The position numbers and the translations under genes are program-made. This document shows positions 38,382 through 51,260 of a DNA stretch of 64,000 bases, in pieces. The DNA lies in contig NC_087436.1 of the NCBI RefSeq assembly GCF_036321535.1, positions 113,338,001 to 113,402,000 on the forward strand, written 5' to 3'. This stretch comes from Camelus dromedarius. Lineage: Eukaryota. The notes under the pieces were generated by a model. The model was not told where the DNA came from. It was given only the letters and a program-made list of their open reading frames with translations, and ran no database searches. Each line of letters begins with the position of its first letter. Positions within the stretch are counted from its first letter, which is position 1.

Positions 38382-38594
38382 GAGGGGCTGGCAAATTTTT
38401 TCTATAAAGGGTCAGATAGTAAATATTTTAGACTTGGAGGCCATAGGTTCTCTGTTGCAACTACTTAACTGTTCATCATTGTAGCTCCAAAGCAACCAGA
38501 CAAAAAGCAAATAAACAGGCATGGTTGTGTTCTAATAAAACTTTGTTTAAAAAAGTAAGAGGCATGGCTTGCAGGTTATAGTTTCCAGACCCTG
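38382..38594. mobile_element. MER58A-like hAT-Charlie transposon
   Basis: ggggctggcaaattttttctataaagggtcagatagtaaatattttag ... tatagtttccagaccctg. Confidence 0.85.
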
Positions 38595-38658
38595 TCTTAT
38601 AGTATTACCCTGGCTTTTTTCATGCTTTGAAGATTTTGCCCATTCTCTGATAGTTCGC

Positions 38659-40662
38659 AAAAAATTAATACACAAAATCTGTTGCATTTCTACATATTAA
38701 TAATGAATTATCAGAAAGAGAAAGACAGGAAACTCCCAAGGACAATCACATCAAAAAGAATAAAATACCTAGGAATAAATTTAACCAAAGAGGTGAAAGA
38801 CCTATACTCTGAAAACTATAAGACTGAGGAAAGAAATTGAAAATGACACAAATAAATGGAAAGATATGCTGTGCTCATGGATTGGAGGAACTAATATTGT
38901 TAAAATATCCAAACTACCCAAAGCAAGCTACAGAGTCAATGCAATTCCTATTAAAATACCAATGGCATTTTTCACACAATTAGAACAAATAATCCTAACA
39001 TTTGTATGGAACCACAAAAGACCCTGAATAGTCAAAGCAATCTTGACAAAGAAGAATAAAGCAGGAAGTATCATGCTCCCTGATTTCAAACTGTACTACA
39101 AAGCTACAGTAATCAAAACAGTACAGCACTGGCACAGAAACAGACACAAAGATCAATGGAACAGAACAGAGAGCCCAGAAATAAACCCACGCTTATATGG
39201 TCAATTAATCTGTATGACAAAGAAAGCAAAAATATACAAGGGAAAAGACAGCTGCTTCAATAAATGGTGCTCAGAAAATTGAACAGTTACACAAAAAGAA
39301 TCTAACTGGACTACTTTCTCACACTGTACACTAAAATAAACTCAAAATGACTTAAAGACTTAGTGTAAGACCTAAAACCATAAAACTCCTAGAAGGAAAA
39401 TAAGCAGTGAGCTCTCTGACATGGGTTTTAGCAATATTTTTTTTTGAATATGTCTCCTCAGGCAAAGACAACAAAAGCAAAAACAAAAGGGACCACATTA
39501 AACTAAAAAGCTTTGCACAGTGAAGGAAACCATCAACAAAATAACTGAAAAGGCAATCAACTGAATGGGAGATGATATTTGCAAATGATATATCCAAATA
39601 GGGGTTGATAGTTAAAATATATAAAGAACTTATACAACTCAATATACCTCCAAAAAGAATTAAAAAATAAGCAGAGTACCTGAATAGACACTTTTTTCCA
39701 GATAAGACATACAGACGGCCAGCTGACACACAAAAAGATACTCAACATCAGTAATCATCAGATAAATGCTGATCAAAACCATGGTGAGATACCAACTCAC
39801 ACCTGTCAGAACGGCTATTATCAAAAACACAGGAAATAACAAATATTGGCATGCATGTGGAGAAAAGGGAACCCTTATGCACTGATGGTGGGAATATAAA
39901 CTGATGCAACCACTATGGGGAACAGTAAAGAGATTTCCTCAAAAAATTAAAAACAAAACTGCCATACAATCCAGCAATTCTACTTCAGAGTATTAGCTGA
40001 AGAAAATGAAAACACAAATTTGAAAAGATATTTATGTACCCCTACGTTTACTGCAGCATTATTTACAATATAAAAGATATGGATGGAAATAACCTAAGTG
40101 TCCATCGATGGATGAATGGATAAAGAGGATGTGGTGTGTGTGTATGTATGCATGCATGTATGTATGTATGTATGTATGTATGTATGGAATATTACTCAGC
40201 CACAAAAAAGAATGAAATCTTGCCATCTGCGATAACATGGATGACCTAGAAGGTACTACGTTAAGTGAAGTAAGTCAGAGAAAGACAGATGCTGCATGAT
40301 TTCACTTACAAGTGGAATCTGAAAAAACAACACAAAATACACAAAATGAATAAACAAAACAAAACAGAAACAAACTCATAGATATAGAGAACAAACTGGA
40401 GGTTGCCAGGGGGAGGTAAGTTGGGGATGAAAGAAAAGATAAAAGGGATTAAAAGATACCAACTTTCAGTTGTAAAATAAGTAAGTCACAGAGATGTAAT
40501 GAAGGCATAGGGAGCAGAGTCAATGATACTGTTATAACTTTTCTACGTGATCGATGGTTATTAGACTTATGGTGACCATTTTGTAATGCAAAAAATATTG
40601 AATCACTATGTTGTACATATGAAAATAATATAATATTGTATGCAAAGTATAATTCAAAAAAA
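38659..40662 (+). mobile_element. 5'-truncated L1 (about 2 kb: ORF2 C-terminal part and 3' UTR), disrupted and antisense to CPEB2
   Basis: ORF 39043..39282 ([46 protein letters not shown]) is L1 ORF2p. Frameshifts and stops elsewhere. Contains a (TATG)n run near 40141-40186. Confidence 0.95.
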
Positions 40663-40796
40663 TGTGAAAAAAGTATTTATCAAAGATAAAAAGTTTCAAT
40701 TTTGATTTTGTCCTAAAAGGATTTGGCAGTGGTGATATTAGGGGGTATACACTTACTCTGGCTACTTCACAAGACTGTTAAAAAGTCAAATGAGTT

Positions 40797-40925
40797 TGGG
40801 GGAGGGAGGGTATAGCTTAGTGGTAGAGTGCATGCTTAACATGCACAGGGTCCTGGGTTCAATCCTCAGTACCTCAACTAAAAAAAATAATAAGTAAATA
40901 AACCTAATTCCCCCCCCCCCCCAAA
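40797..40925 (+). mobile_element. Vic-1-type camelid SINE with 17-bp TSD
   Basis: A box tagcttagtgg, B box ggttcaatcc, tail aaacctaattccccc. TSD aaaaagtcaaatgagtt at 40780-40796 and 40926-40942, at a TT/AAAA L1-endonuclease site. Confidence 0.92.
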
Positions 40926-43900
40926 AAAAAGTCAAATGAGTTCAATTAAATCTAGTCACAGAAAATCTTAGGTCAATTTTTAATTAATACGTGGTATATT
41001 ATATTATTAATTAGTTCCTTTTCATTATAGCATATGAATCTGAATGACCGCATACACAGTGTGAACAAAATCCAGCCTCTCTAGCTGAACTTCCATAATT
41101 TCACTCCTTTTAAAATTATTTCTCTTATCTTCTCATTCCATATATAATCTACTAAAATGGACTAACTAAAGCTTTGGGCTTCCCTGCTAGAAAAGACTTC
41201 TTTGTGGTGTTTAGTACCACTAACTAAAATAGGTTCTTTATTTCTAGTATTTAAAATAATCCTATACTTTTACTCCTTTTAGAATATAGCAGTCCTTTAA
41301 TCTTTTATTAAAAGGATACACTGCAATAATGGAAATAATTTTAGGTTAAGAGATGGAGTTTAAGTTACACTTCATACCTCCCTTTACAACCTCCACCCTA
41401 CTCCAACCCCAGACCAGTATGTTCATTCTCAGAATGGAATAAACATTGAACAGACAATACATGAAAAAGATAGATGTGAGAGTCCTCCTCCTTTCTAATC
41501 CTGGCCCCCAGGCAGCTCTGAAGTAGAACTCTTTATGGCTCCCAGGGTACAGAGATACATAGGAGTAGGGGCAGGTTCCAACTGAAAAGCAGGGAAAGAA
41601 ATCTTTTTTTCTTAACTACTTTCAGTATAACTAAATTTTGGTTATTTCTAAGGTATATTTCATATATTAATATCTACAGCCAGTTTGGTTTAAAGTTCTT
41701 ATATTGACATTATTAAGGATACTAAAATACATAAATTCATTTTGGTAGTAATTTGATTTTATTATAGTCATGCAGGAAATCTTTTAAATGAAAACAGCTA
41801 CTCTGTGCCTGGACTTAAAGTTAAGTCAAAGGTGACAAGAGTAAAAAGAAAAAAACAGTTCTTCCTAAACTGGACTATAAAGTCAAAATGCCTTGGGAAA
41901 ATAATACTGTCCACCCACCACAAAGAGAAATGTCTTATTTTTTGGCAAAAAATATGTCAACTCAGTGTGACATATCCACATCAACAGATCTGATGTGTAT
42001 GAGTTTTTTTTTTTTTTTTTTGGAAGAGAAAAATGACTAAATAAATGAATAAATGGACTTTCTTTGACAGACCAAATCTAAAACATGAAACCCATAAAAG
42101 GGTCCTTGGCAGTTAAAAGGTTATCAGTGTGGTACTCATAACATCTAGCATAGAAAGAAGAAAAAAATAAGTAGAAAATAGGAGAGCCAGGCTACTTCTA
42201 GCCCTTTCTGAGTCATTCCTTTGGTATGTGTGTGTGTGTGTTTTTTAATGTCATTACTTAGTGTGTTAAAGTACTTTCAAATTCAAATAAAATCTCTCAA
42301 TAGCTATTTCTAATGGGTATACTTTTCATCTGACTATCAAATCCAAAATTTTAAAAGCAGATTCCTACTATTCACAGAGGACCAAACAAAAAGTTACGGA
42401 TGTCATACAATTTGAGAGGAAAATTCAGGTGTTATCCCCCCATACTGAGCCAAATAAGTGTGACAACTGTCAGTTCTGCCCTAAAGATGGTTTCTACTGA
42501 AAGCCTTAAACACGTGTGAGAAGTCTTCTTTCTTTCAATGCTGGGAGGCAGGTCTAAAGTAGAGGAAATCTTAATGGCTCCCAGAGGATAGAGGTATATG
42601 AGTAGTAGCAACTTCCTATCTAAAGGCAGAATTTTTCACTTTTTCTTAATGGTATAATCACAGTCTACAATTGGTGAACTGAGATAAAAGAAGATAAACA
42701 ACATGACTTTCCTATACTTTGCTCCTAAGAACTCCGTAAGTCATGATACTTACATTGGAGTATGTCAAAGCAGATTAAGTATAAATCAATAAGGTTAAAA
42801 GATGAAAAGTGTGTAAAAAGAAAAGAATCCTAAATTGCTCTACAGTTACAAAAATACCTAAAAATCACAGACTAGTAAATGGATTTTTTTTCAAGAGAAT
42901 TGAAGCTCCATATTAAAACAGCAAAATGAAAATTTTAGATCTATGGATTAGATCACTAATGACCCATAGATCTGAAAACAGGCACTAAAATTTTCAACTT
43001 ACCCCCCCTTTCTCTCATTGCTAATAACAATTTTTGGCAAGTTATTCAGCTTTAGTGTTCTAAGTTTTGAGTTTCTATATCCTCTAATTTTTCAGTTAGA
43101 AAACTAAAGAACCAAGAGATTCAGAGAAGTATGTGAAGAAATCAGATTCTAAAAATGAAGTTACATTCCAGCAATGTGAAATACAAAACTGGAAATGCTA
43201 CTCACAAATATCAAATACTAGTTTCTGTGGTCAATGGTGACAAATGATTTTGCTTGTCTGTTTTCAAAGAAACACACTCACGACAAGATAAAAAGAAACC
43301 GAAGCACTGGCCATATATAAGCTTTATCAAAAGGCACTATTATCACTGTCTCTCTTCCACGGCTCAAGGGAGATTTTAGGGGTCAAGGAAAATCCTTTTA
43401 TTTAGGTTGGCACTTACAACAACTATATAAATAGTATGATCAATGGTCACTTAGAGGGTAAGCTAGTGGTGTGAAGTTACTTTTGCTTCTTCTCATCCCA
43501 TCATCTCATCTATTTTCCCTACCTCAATTTTTGCATGGAAAAGATAAGTAAAGTTTAAGCCCAGAAAATGTCAGCTGCTTTCCTGAAGCTGAATAGTACA
43601 GCGTCACACAGTCCTCGCTTTTTCCTTAAGATCAGAACTCTGAGGGGAAGACTTCTGCGGGAGAGAGAAAGTGTGTGTGTGCGAGTGCACGTGCGTGCGT
43701 GGTGTTAGAGGGAGGGAGAAAAGATTATATTCTTGGAAGACAGAGAAATATCAGTAACATGATTTCTATATATCAGTGTTAACAATAATGCTTGGTATTT
43801 GTTATTTTTACCTGGGTCAAACACAAAACTAATAAACTAGAATTATAAATTATACACCATAGATAAGACAGTTACAGATTGAGAAAGCAGAAAAATCATA

Positions 43901-44233
43901 TTGCATGTCACTTTCACTAGTATTTATTAAACACATTTCTTAAGCAAACTATAAATAGCAAGTTTATTTTAAAAGATACACAAATAACTTTAAAAAATAG
44001 TTAAAATTTGGACAGTTTAAAATGAAAAAAATTAAATAACCATATTAGTATGAAAATGTATTTTAAAGGTTAAGATATTTAGGATTCAGAACTTTGACAA
44101 GTGCTCAAATCAAAATGCAATTTTTTTGTGAGTTTCCAAACATTGCATAATAAATCTGGGGTAATTAATTATAACATTGGTCAGTAAAACCCAATTAGAA
44201 ACAGTTATACCATAGCAAACAGAAATGAATTAC

Positions 44234-44257
44234 CTCGTCTTCGCCCATAACTCCTTG
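44234..44257 (-). CDS. CPEB2: CPEB2 24-nt alternatively spliced microexon, (A)RSYGRRR(G)
   Basis: Minus strand tttgtcctttgtttacatgcag|CAAGGAGTTATGGGCGAAGACGAG|gtaatt. Matches the 8-aa 'B region' of CPEB2-4. Confidence 0.93.
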
Positions 44258-47200
44258 CTGCATGTAAACAAAGGACAAATTGTAAAATGTCAGAACTAAA
44301 AATAGGCCCACATATACAAATATTTATGATATGAAAAGCTATGTGGGCATCTGGAAATTAGTGCTACTTTGTTTTACAAGCTACCACAATGTCATCATAT
44401 AACATCTGCATGGTGTTTAATATTTAAAAAGCACTTCTATTATATATGTATCATCTGAACTTCATAAAAACTGTGAAATTAATAGGAAATACATAATTTA
44501 TTCTCATTTGTGTTAATAAATATTTGTTTCATCTGATCAGGATAGGAATAGGTAACACTTTATGGTTAAATGGCATCCTGAACAATTTTTCCAATGAATA
44601 GAAACCACTTGAATTAAATCCTTATTTTTCTACTTATCACAAAGAGTGACATAGCATGTACTGTTCAACAAGTACCTATTCAGATCCTATTCACCTTATA
44701 CCAAGCCCTGAATGGAAAACGTAACTGGAAGACATAGAAGTGTGAAAAGATGTAAACGGTATTAAACCTCTGAAGCCCGTAGAGCTTAAATGGATAGAAT
44801 GCAAAGATATCAACCCATGTTCAAACTTGCTTAGCTGAAGAAATGATTACTGATATACTATAGCTGATAATGCTTTCAGTCTTTTTGGTACATTTTATAA
44901 CGGCTGTCTAAGTGTTTATAAGTCTCTTCCTCCAGAGTAGGAGGGATTCAGATACAAATTATTAGTATCATCGAAGAATAGTACATTTGTTGAATATTGT
45001 AAGAGTATAAAGCAGGAAATATTTCCATCTATGTTACTAGCAGTTTACATAATTCCTTATGGAGAAAAAAATACTGCAATTTATTTTTCATAAGAAAGTA
45101 CCAGTTTGATAAAATTCACAACTTGTTTTAAAATAACTCCTCCTCCAAATCTGAGTATACAATGAGTATTTCTACTGTAATTAGCATATGAAATCAAGGC
45201 AGTAAACCAAAAAACCACTGTCAAAATTAAGATCTTGATTCATGTTACAGAATTTTTTAGGCCTGGGAAAAATTTAATATTGAATAAATCTCAAATCAAA
45301 ATATGTAATAAAAGTTGTTAGAAATGAAGTCTCTCCAAAAGTATAAAATTTAAAGATCAAAAGAAAACATTTCACATCATTAAATACATTCTATTATAGA
45401 GATTTTACAAGATATATTTTTAATTTTATACTAAGGCTTTAATACAGAGAAGTATGCCTACAAGGTGAGGACACAGCATTAGTTACCTGATAATACAAGG
45501 GAGGAAAAACAAACTTGCCAACTCTTTACCACCTACATTTAAGGAATAAGTCAATAAATACAAGGGTTACATCAGAGTCTTTTATATAAAATAACTTCAT
45601 TTGCATCTCTGCCATTCTACTATGTATTAGCTGATATGCTGCTGCGTGTGTGTGTGTGTTTGTGTGTGTGTATAGCTTACCTGACCTTTATTAGTTTAGG
45701 GTGAGGGTAGGGGTAGAAGTGGCATTTAGAATTCTGTTGTCTAGGTCTTCTAAGACTTACACAGGCCTTTAAAAAAAACAGTGTCTTAAAGAGATGAGAG
45801 ATCAGCTGTGGAAAATCAGACAGCAGGAATTTTAAAAGGAGCTATATGAAGAGGCTATAGAAGAATGAATTCCCCTGAAGTCTTAATAGTTGTATTAAGC
45901 ATAGAAACGGTCAACAGGCCCAGAAACACTTTACAGCACAAGTCTTAGAAGTTGGGCTTCCTGTTTATCCTTAGGCCTGATCTAATGGCATTAATCCAGT
46001 ATAAATCTGCTTTGGAGAATTTCATTCAAGGGTTTAGAGGGTCGAACATTTATAAAGCAAATGAAACTGCTTTCATCAAACTTAAAGTATGAATTATGAT
46101 GAAGTAATAATATGCAACATAATTCATGACCTAATGAGAAAATTAATGACTTCATAACCAGTTTACGTTCTTAGCTGAGGCTATTCAATACTAAAATAGT
46201 GAAAATATGTACAAATGTTCACAGAATCTTAGGTTTCATCTCATTCCTGGGCTTGAACACATTATTTAAAAAATTTCTCCAACTATCTCATACCTGAGGA
46301 ATTTTAGAATCCTGCAAAGAGTTATTCTGCTTATTTTTTGGACAACTCTCAGATTCCAAGTCTCTACATAACCAAAAATAGATCTGACTGCAGATGAAGC
46401 TAAACCATGTGAAACATTTCCTAGTCCCTGTCATGAAAATAACCAATCTGCTTCCATCATGCTTAACAGTGGTGTGTGTGCTCACTTTTCTACCAGTATT
46501 TCTATGTGAATTTCAGGTATATGTTCCACCATAACTATGAATCAGAATTATCAGAAATCCTCAGTGAGAAAAGAAAATCATTAAATTACTAGTATTCATT
46601 ATGCTTTAATCAAAATTAAATTATTATATAAAAATACTATATTTAGAATATTAAATTTCAGGTACATAAATTTTTTAAAGCATTATAAAAAAGTGAAGAA
46701 TTGGCTATTTAACATACATATGTAAATATATATATGTGCATGTGTGTTAAAATATATATTATATACATTTATACTTATGTATACATTTTTTTTTTTTTTA
46801 ATGGAGGAAATAAGAAGAATGTGAGAAAAGCCTGAAAACTTTTCCTATACAACTGACTTTACAGTTTGGTCCTGCGTTACAAATGATCTTATTTAGGTTC
46901 CAACTCACAGCTACTAAAAAAGAAATAGGATGATTCTAACATTCTAACATTAAGACCTTTGTGCCCTGAGGTATTGACTCTTAGCTACAGTTGTGGTACC
47001 TGAATTACTTCAGCTGTAGGAAGGGATAGGTAAACATATCAAATCAACTAGAAATATTTAAAGGTTAAAGTTCTTTAAAGGTGAAACCAAAGACATTCTT
47101 TTCACTCTAAAAAGCCAAAAGTAAGGAGATACGCTCCCCAAATCGTAATTCTTTTCAAGATCCAAAATAAATCTGCTATTATCTACTTCACTTACATCAG

Positions 47201-48639
47201 GATAAAAAAAGAACTGATTGTATACTCATATTTCCTATTTTCATGACTTTATATACTTAATACAATTTTATTACTGAGTACTGAGTATCTTAATTAAAAG
47301 ATACACATAACTTCCCCGCAAAGCAGAGCAAGTTCTTGATTACAAACATGGCTGTGTGTGGCTAATCACAACAAATGTGCATTTCAAATCAGCTTGCTAA
47401 TACTAACCCCCATACTTCTGCTCTGTACCCCTTTTCAAAAAAATTATATGTACTAATTTCCCTTGGGTGACATATGAAGAGAGTACAGTTATCCCTATAC
47501 AGAAATAGAAACAAATACTCAAATGATACCTCATTTTGTATTCTTCCTTACTATTATGGAAATCTTTGTAATTATTTATTTATTTTTTTATTATTGATAA
47601 TAAAAAGTTTAAGATTTATACGCTTAGAAATATAAACATTAAAGCTGTCATTCTAACAGACAGTAAAACCTTTGGTTTTCAGACAATCTACTCATTCTTA
47701 TATAATAACGTGGCTTCCTGAAAGTGCTTCTGGATGTTAAATATGGATTCTTCTACGGCATTAGAATTATTCAAAAGTGGCAGTGTCCCCTAGCCAATTC
47801 CACTAGATTTCAAATTGAATTGAAGAACACAATCTGTTCAACAGTAAAAGCTTATCTGCAGTTATATTTTTATGGCATTTTTTTGTTAAAAATTCAAAAT
47901 AATTTTTTAACAATTTCATGAGACTTAAAAATGTGGGATTATAACTCATTTTTTTTATATCTCAGTAAACAGAGGCTCAGAGTTAAAGCATCTGCCAGAG
48001 GTACTTCGTAGTTTTACCTAGTTTAACTAACTTCCTGACCTTTACTCCATTCCTTGTTTATCCCTTAAATAAATATTTACACATTCAACCATAATGCTAA
48101 TTAACCAGGAAGGTAGATTCACAAAACCTTTACAATGTTTGCCTTATCTTCATGACAACTATACTCATATTTATATATTCTTCTTTTTAAATGGATTCAA
48201 GTCTAGCACCACTGTAATATCACAGATTTCTGCCAATTCTGTATTTTCTAAGGAATGTTCTTAAACTGTAATAGTCCTGTGTTTATTTTAATGTGTGTTT
48301 GTGCACCATCAAAAATCACCTTGGGTACCAGAAGGGGCAAATGTACCACACGTTAGGAAACGCTGCTTGCGAAGTCAATTTATTTTACTGACTATAATTT
48401 TGTCCCTATACAGCTTCTTCCACATGGTTCTAGCTTGGCTTTCTGAAACAATATAAAACAAACCTCCTTTGTTCACTATACAGAGCAGCCTTCATATTTT
48501 CAAATAGTTGAAAATATCAGTTATGTCTTTTCTTAATTTTATATTCTCCAAACAGATCCAACTCTTATCAGCTATTGACGGGACATGATTTTTATTCTTT
48601 CAGAGTCATTTTAGTCACTGTTCATCACACATTGCCACA

Positions 48640-48880
48640 ACTAACTTTCACTTTCAGGAACTGTTCTAAAGACTTTACATGAATAAATTCACTCACTTCT
48701 CACAACGACCTCCGGAGGCAGGTAGCATGCTGTCTCTCTTTTACACATGAGGACTCTGAGTCCAAGGGAAGTTAGGTAAGCTGCCCAAGGTCACACAGCT
48801 AGAAATAGCAAACTTGGGTTTAAACCCAGATAACCTTGGTCCATAGTCTGTGGTACCAATCACCATGTACTACTACTAAA
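48640..48880 (-). mobile_element. MIR
   Basis: cttttacacatgaggactctgag ... ctgcccaaggtcacacagctag. Confidence 0.8.
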
Positions 48881-50799
48881 CCACCACACACACACACAAA
48901 AATACTAACGTATAATTTATTACCAATATTGGTTTTCAAAGTTAATATTAGCTATGCTTGTTGGTTAAGTAATAGAACTTAATCAACTGCCTAATAGTCA
49001 AATCTGTGACATACTATAAAGCAATTTAAAAAGCAAGTCTATGTACTGAGATGCGACAATTTCTTCAGTCAATATTTAATAATTAGTATAGGCAGAGGTT
49101 TTATATAAATATCACTTATTTCCATTTTTGTCTTCAATAACCTTGATGTCTACAAAAAATTATCTAAATCTTTAATATTCAAATATTTCCTTACCCTATA
49201 AATATATCTAATTTTCTGCTTCTTGCTTTCCCTCTTAACCAACGATCCCAAATAAGCAACATATTTTTTTTCTCTTTGGATCAAATTCTTTCTACTGACC
49301 TAAACACATATTGATGTTCTAGTTTCATTATCATTTCCCCCCCAGTCCTTTGCCAGAAGTTCAGAATTTCTAGGATGGCTTCCATACAGTACTGAGTACG
49401 CACTGTAGCACTAAAGTGACAGACTGTGAAAAATGCTCACCTAATAAAAAAAAAAGCAGATTTGTCCACAAGATGCAACTCTTGCCTGAAACAAAATATG
49501 CTTGTGTCTACTACGTGATGAATCACTTTCAACCTAACACCTAGATTATTTATAAGGGCTTTAGGCAACTGATGAAATCAATTAGTTTAATAATGTTTAG
49601 CGTAACCAAAAGTATAAGCTGTAAAAACAGTGTGGCTACTAAGTTCTTTACTCACACAAAAGACACATTCTATTGTGATTACAATATACTTCTGAATCAT
49701 CCTACTTTACTATGTATTCAGCAGTCTAAGAACATCTGTGAATGATCTAACAAATTATCTCATACAGTACTTTCCTTCAGATGGATTTTAATAGAATACG
49801 TGAAACATGTAAATTCAAATTTTTCAACTGAACTGCTTTTTTTTAGAAGTTAAAATAGAAATGTGAATGATCTATCTTTACCACACAGAATGTTGCAAAA
49901 GAAAAGAATCTAAGGAAGTTAGGATCCATATATAAATAACTTATCATTACCCAAAGCTATAATTATTTTATAAATCAAGCCATGAGAATAATAAAACTTA
50001 CAATCTATTTTGTTTGTAAACTTAATTTCAGCAATATAATTTTTAGTCATAGATTTAGAGTTCAGAGACCAGCTAGCTACTCAAACAATATGGTTTTTTA
50101 ATTCCATGGTAGAAAAAAAGTTGACGAAGAAGTCCTGGAATGTAATTTCCACTGCCTTTCTGGTTAAGGTCTATGGAAACACTGTAATTCCCTGAATTCA
50201 TATATGTGGACTACTAGACCACTGTAAGGTCTAGCCTGAACATGGCTTCAGCCATGTATACACAGTCTGGCCCCACTGTTAGCACCCTGACAATTCTACC
50301 TCTAACCATCCTTGAAGATCCTCACTAATCGATAATCCACTGCTTAGACTAGGATAGCATGTGGTAGGAAACTCAATACAAAAGAGTCAAATGTTGAATG
50401 AACCAATCAATCACCTCACTTAATGCTCTGCTTCAACCTTTCTCTAATTCCAAAATCCCATCTATCTTGACAATCTCCTAGGTAGCCTGGACTTAATTCC
50501 TATCTTTTTATCTTTCCTTAATACTAGTTTTTACTTAACACTAGAGTTCACATGGTCTAGCTTTCCACTGGCCTTTTTTTCAGCCTTTGTTCGTCAACTT
50601 CATTGCCATCTTTCTTCAACAAAGCTTTAGTTGAATACAATCTTTGTTCAAAAGATAGAAAGGAATTTAATGAAAGTCTATTTTTCACCAGAGTGAAATT
50701 CACTGTGTAAACTTTACAGCTAGGAAAAATTAAGTTACTGTGACTCCCATATTTCTACAATCACCAGTATATTCCTTAGTTGAACATAAACACAGGTGC

Positions 50800-51000
50800 T
50801 CTACTAAGTAACACATTCTATGTACTTTGCAAACAGCATCTCATTTAATTCTCATAATGAACTTTGAGATTGTTACTATTTCACAGAAGGGAAACTAAGG
50901 CTCACAGAAGTTACTTGACCAAGGTAATAAAGCAAACTAGAAAGCCAATATTCAAACTCAGAACTGTCTCCAAAGTCTATGGTCACTGAATTAAATCATA
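50800..51000 (-). mobile_element. MIR
   Basis: atctcatttaattctcata ... cagaagggaaactaaggctcacagaagtt. Confidence 0.7.
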
Positions 51001-51209
51001 CTGTCACAAATACACTTCAGTGGTTACTCTGCCAGTGAGAATACACTCAAACTTGTAATTCTGCCTTTTGTACAGGAAGAGTTGTAGCTTTGTTTTCCTA
51101 CTTATAAAATGATTAACTTGTGTGTATGGAGAAGGCTTAGAGAAACATGTATTCAATCATTTTTATTTATATAAATCAATTGGAAACAAAATGTTTTTAT
51201 AAAACTTAC

Positions 51210-51260
51210 CATTTAACATCAACAGATTGTCAGTTCCTGGATGTGGATAGTTCAATCGAC
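51210..51260 (-). CDS. CPEB2: CPEB2 51-nt coding exon, (G)RLNYPHPGTDNLLMLN(A/G)
   Basis: Acceptor cttccctttcctgtctttttaaag|GT, donor ATG|gtaagt. The peptide matches my recollection of the CPEB2 17-aa segment before the microexon. Confidence 0.93.

Noticed and set aside
39043..39282. Possible functional or domesticated L1 ORF2
   Set aside because: 5'-truncated, with frameshifts and stops around this short fragment.
40806..40880. tRNA-Ala-like sequences (also near 18100, 24735 and 29440)
   Set aside because: They have A-rich tails, TSDs in two cases and mismatched stems, so they are SINE heads rather than tRNA genes.
45670..45690. Strong consensus donor CAG|gtaagc on the minus strand
   Set aside because: No credible acceptor with a pyrimidine tract within exon distance upstream.
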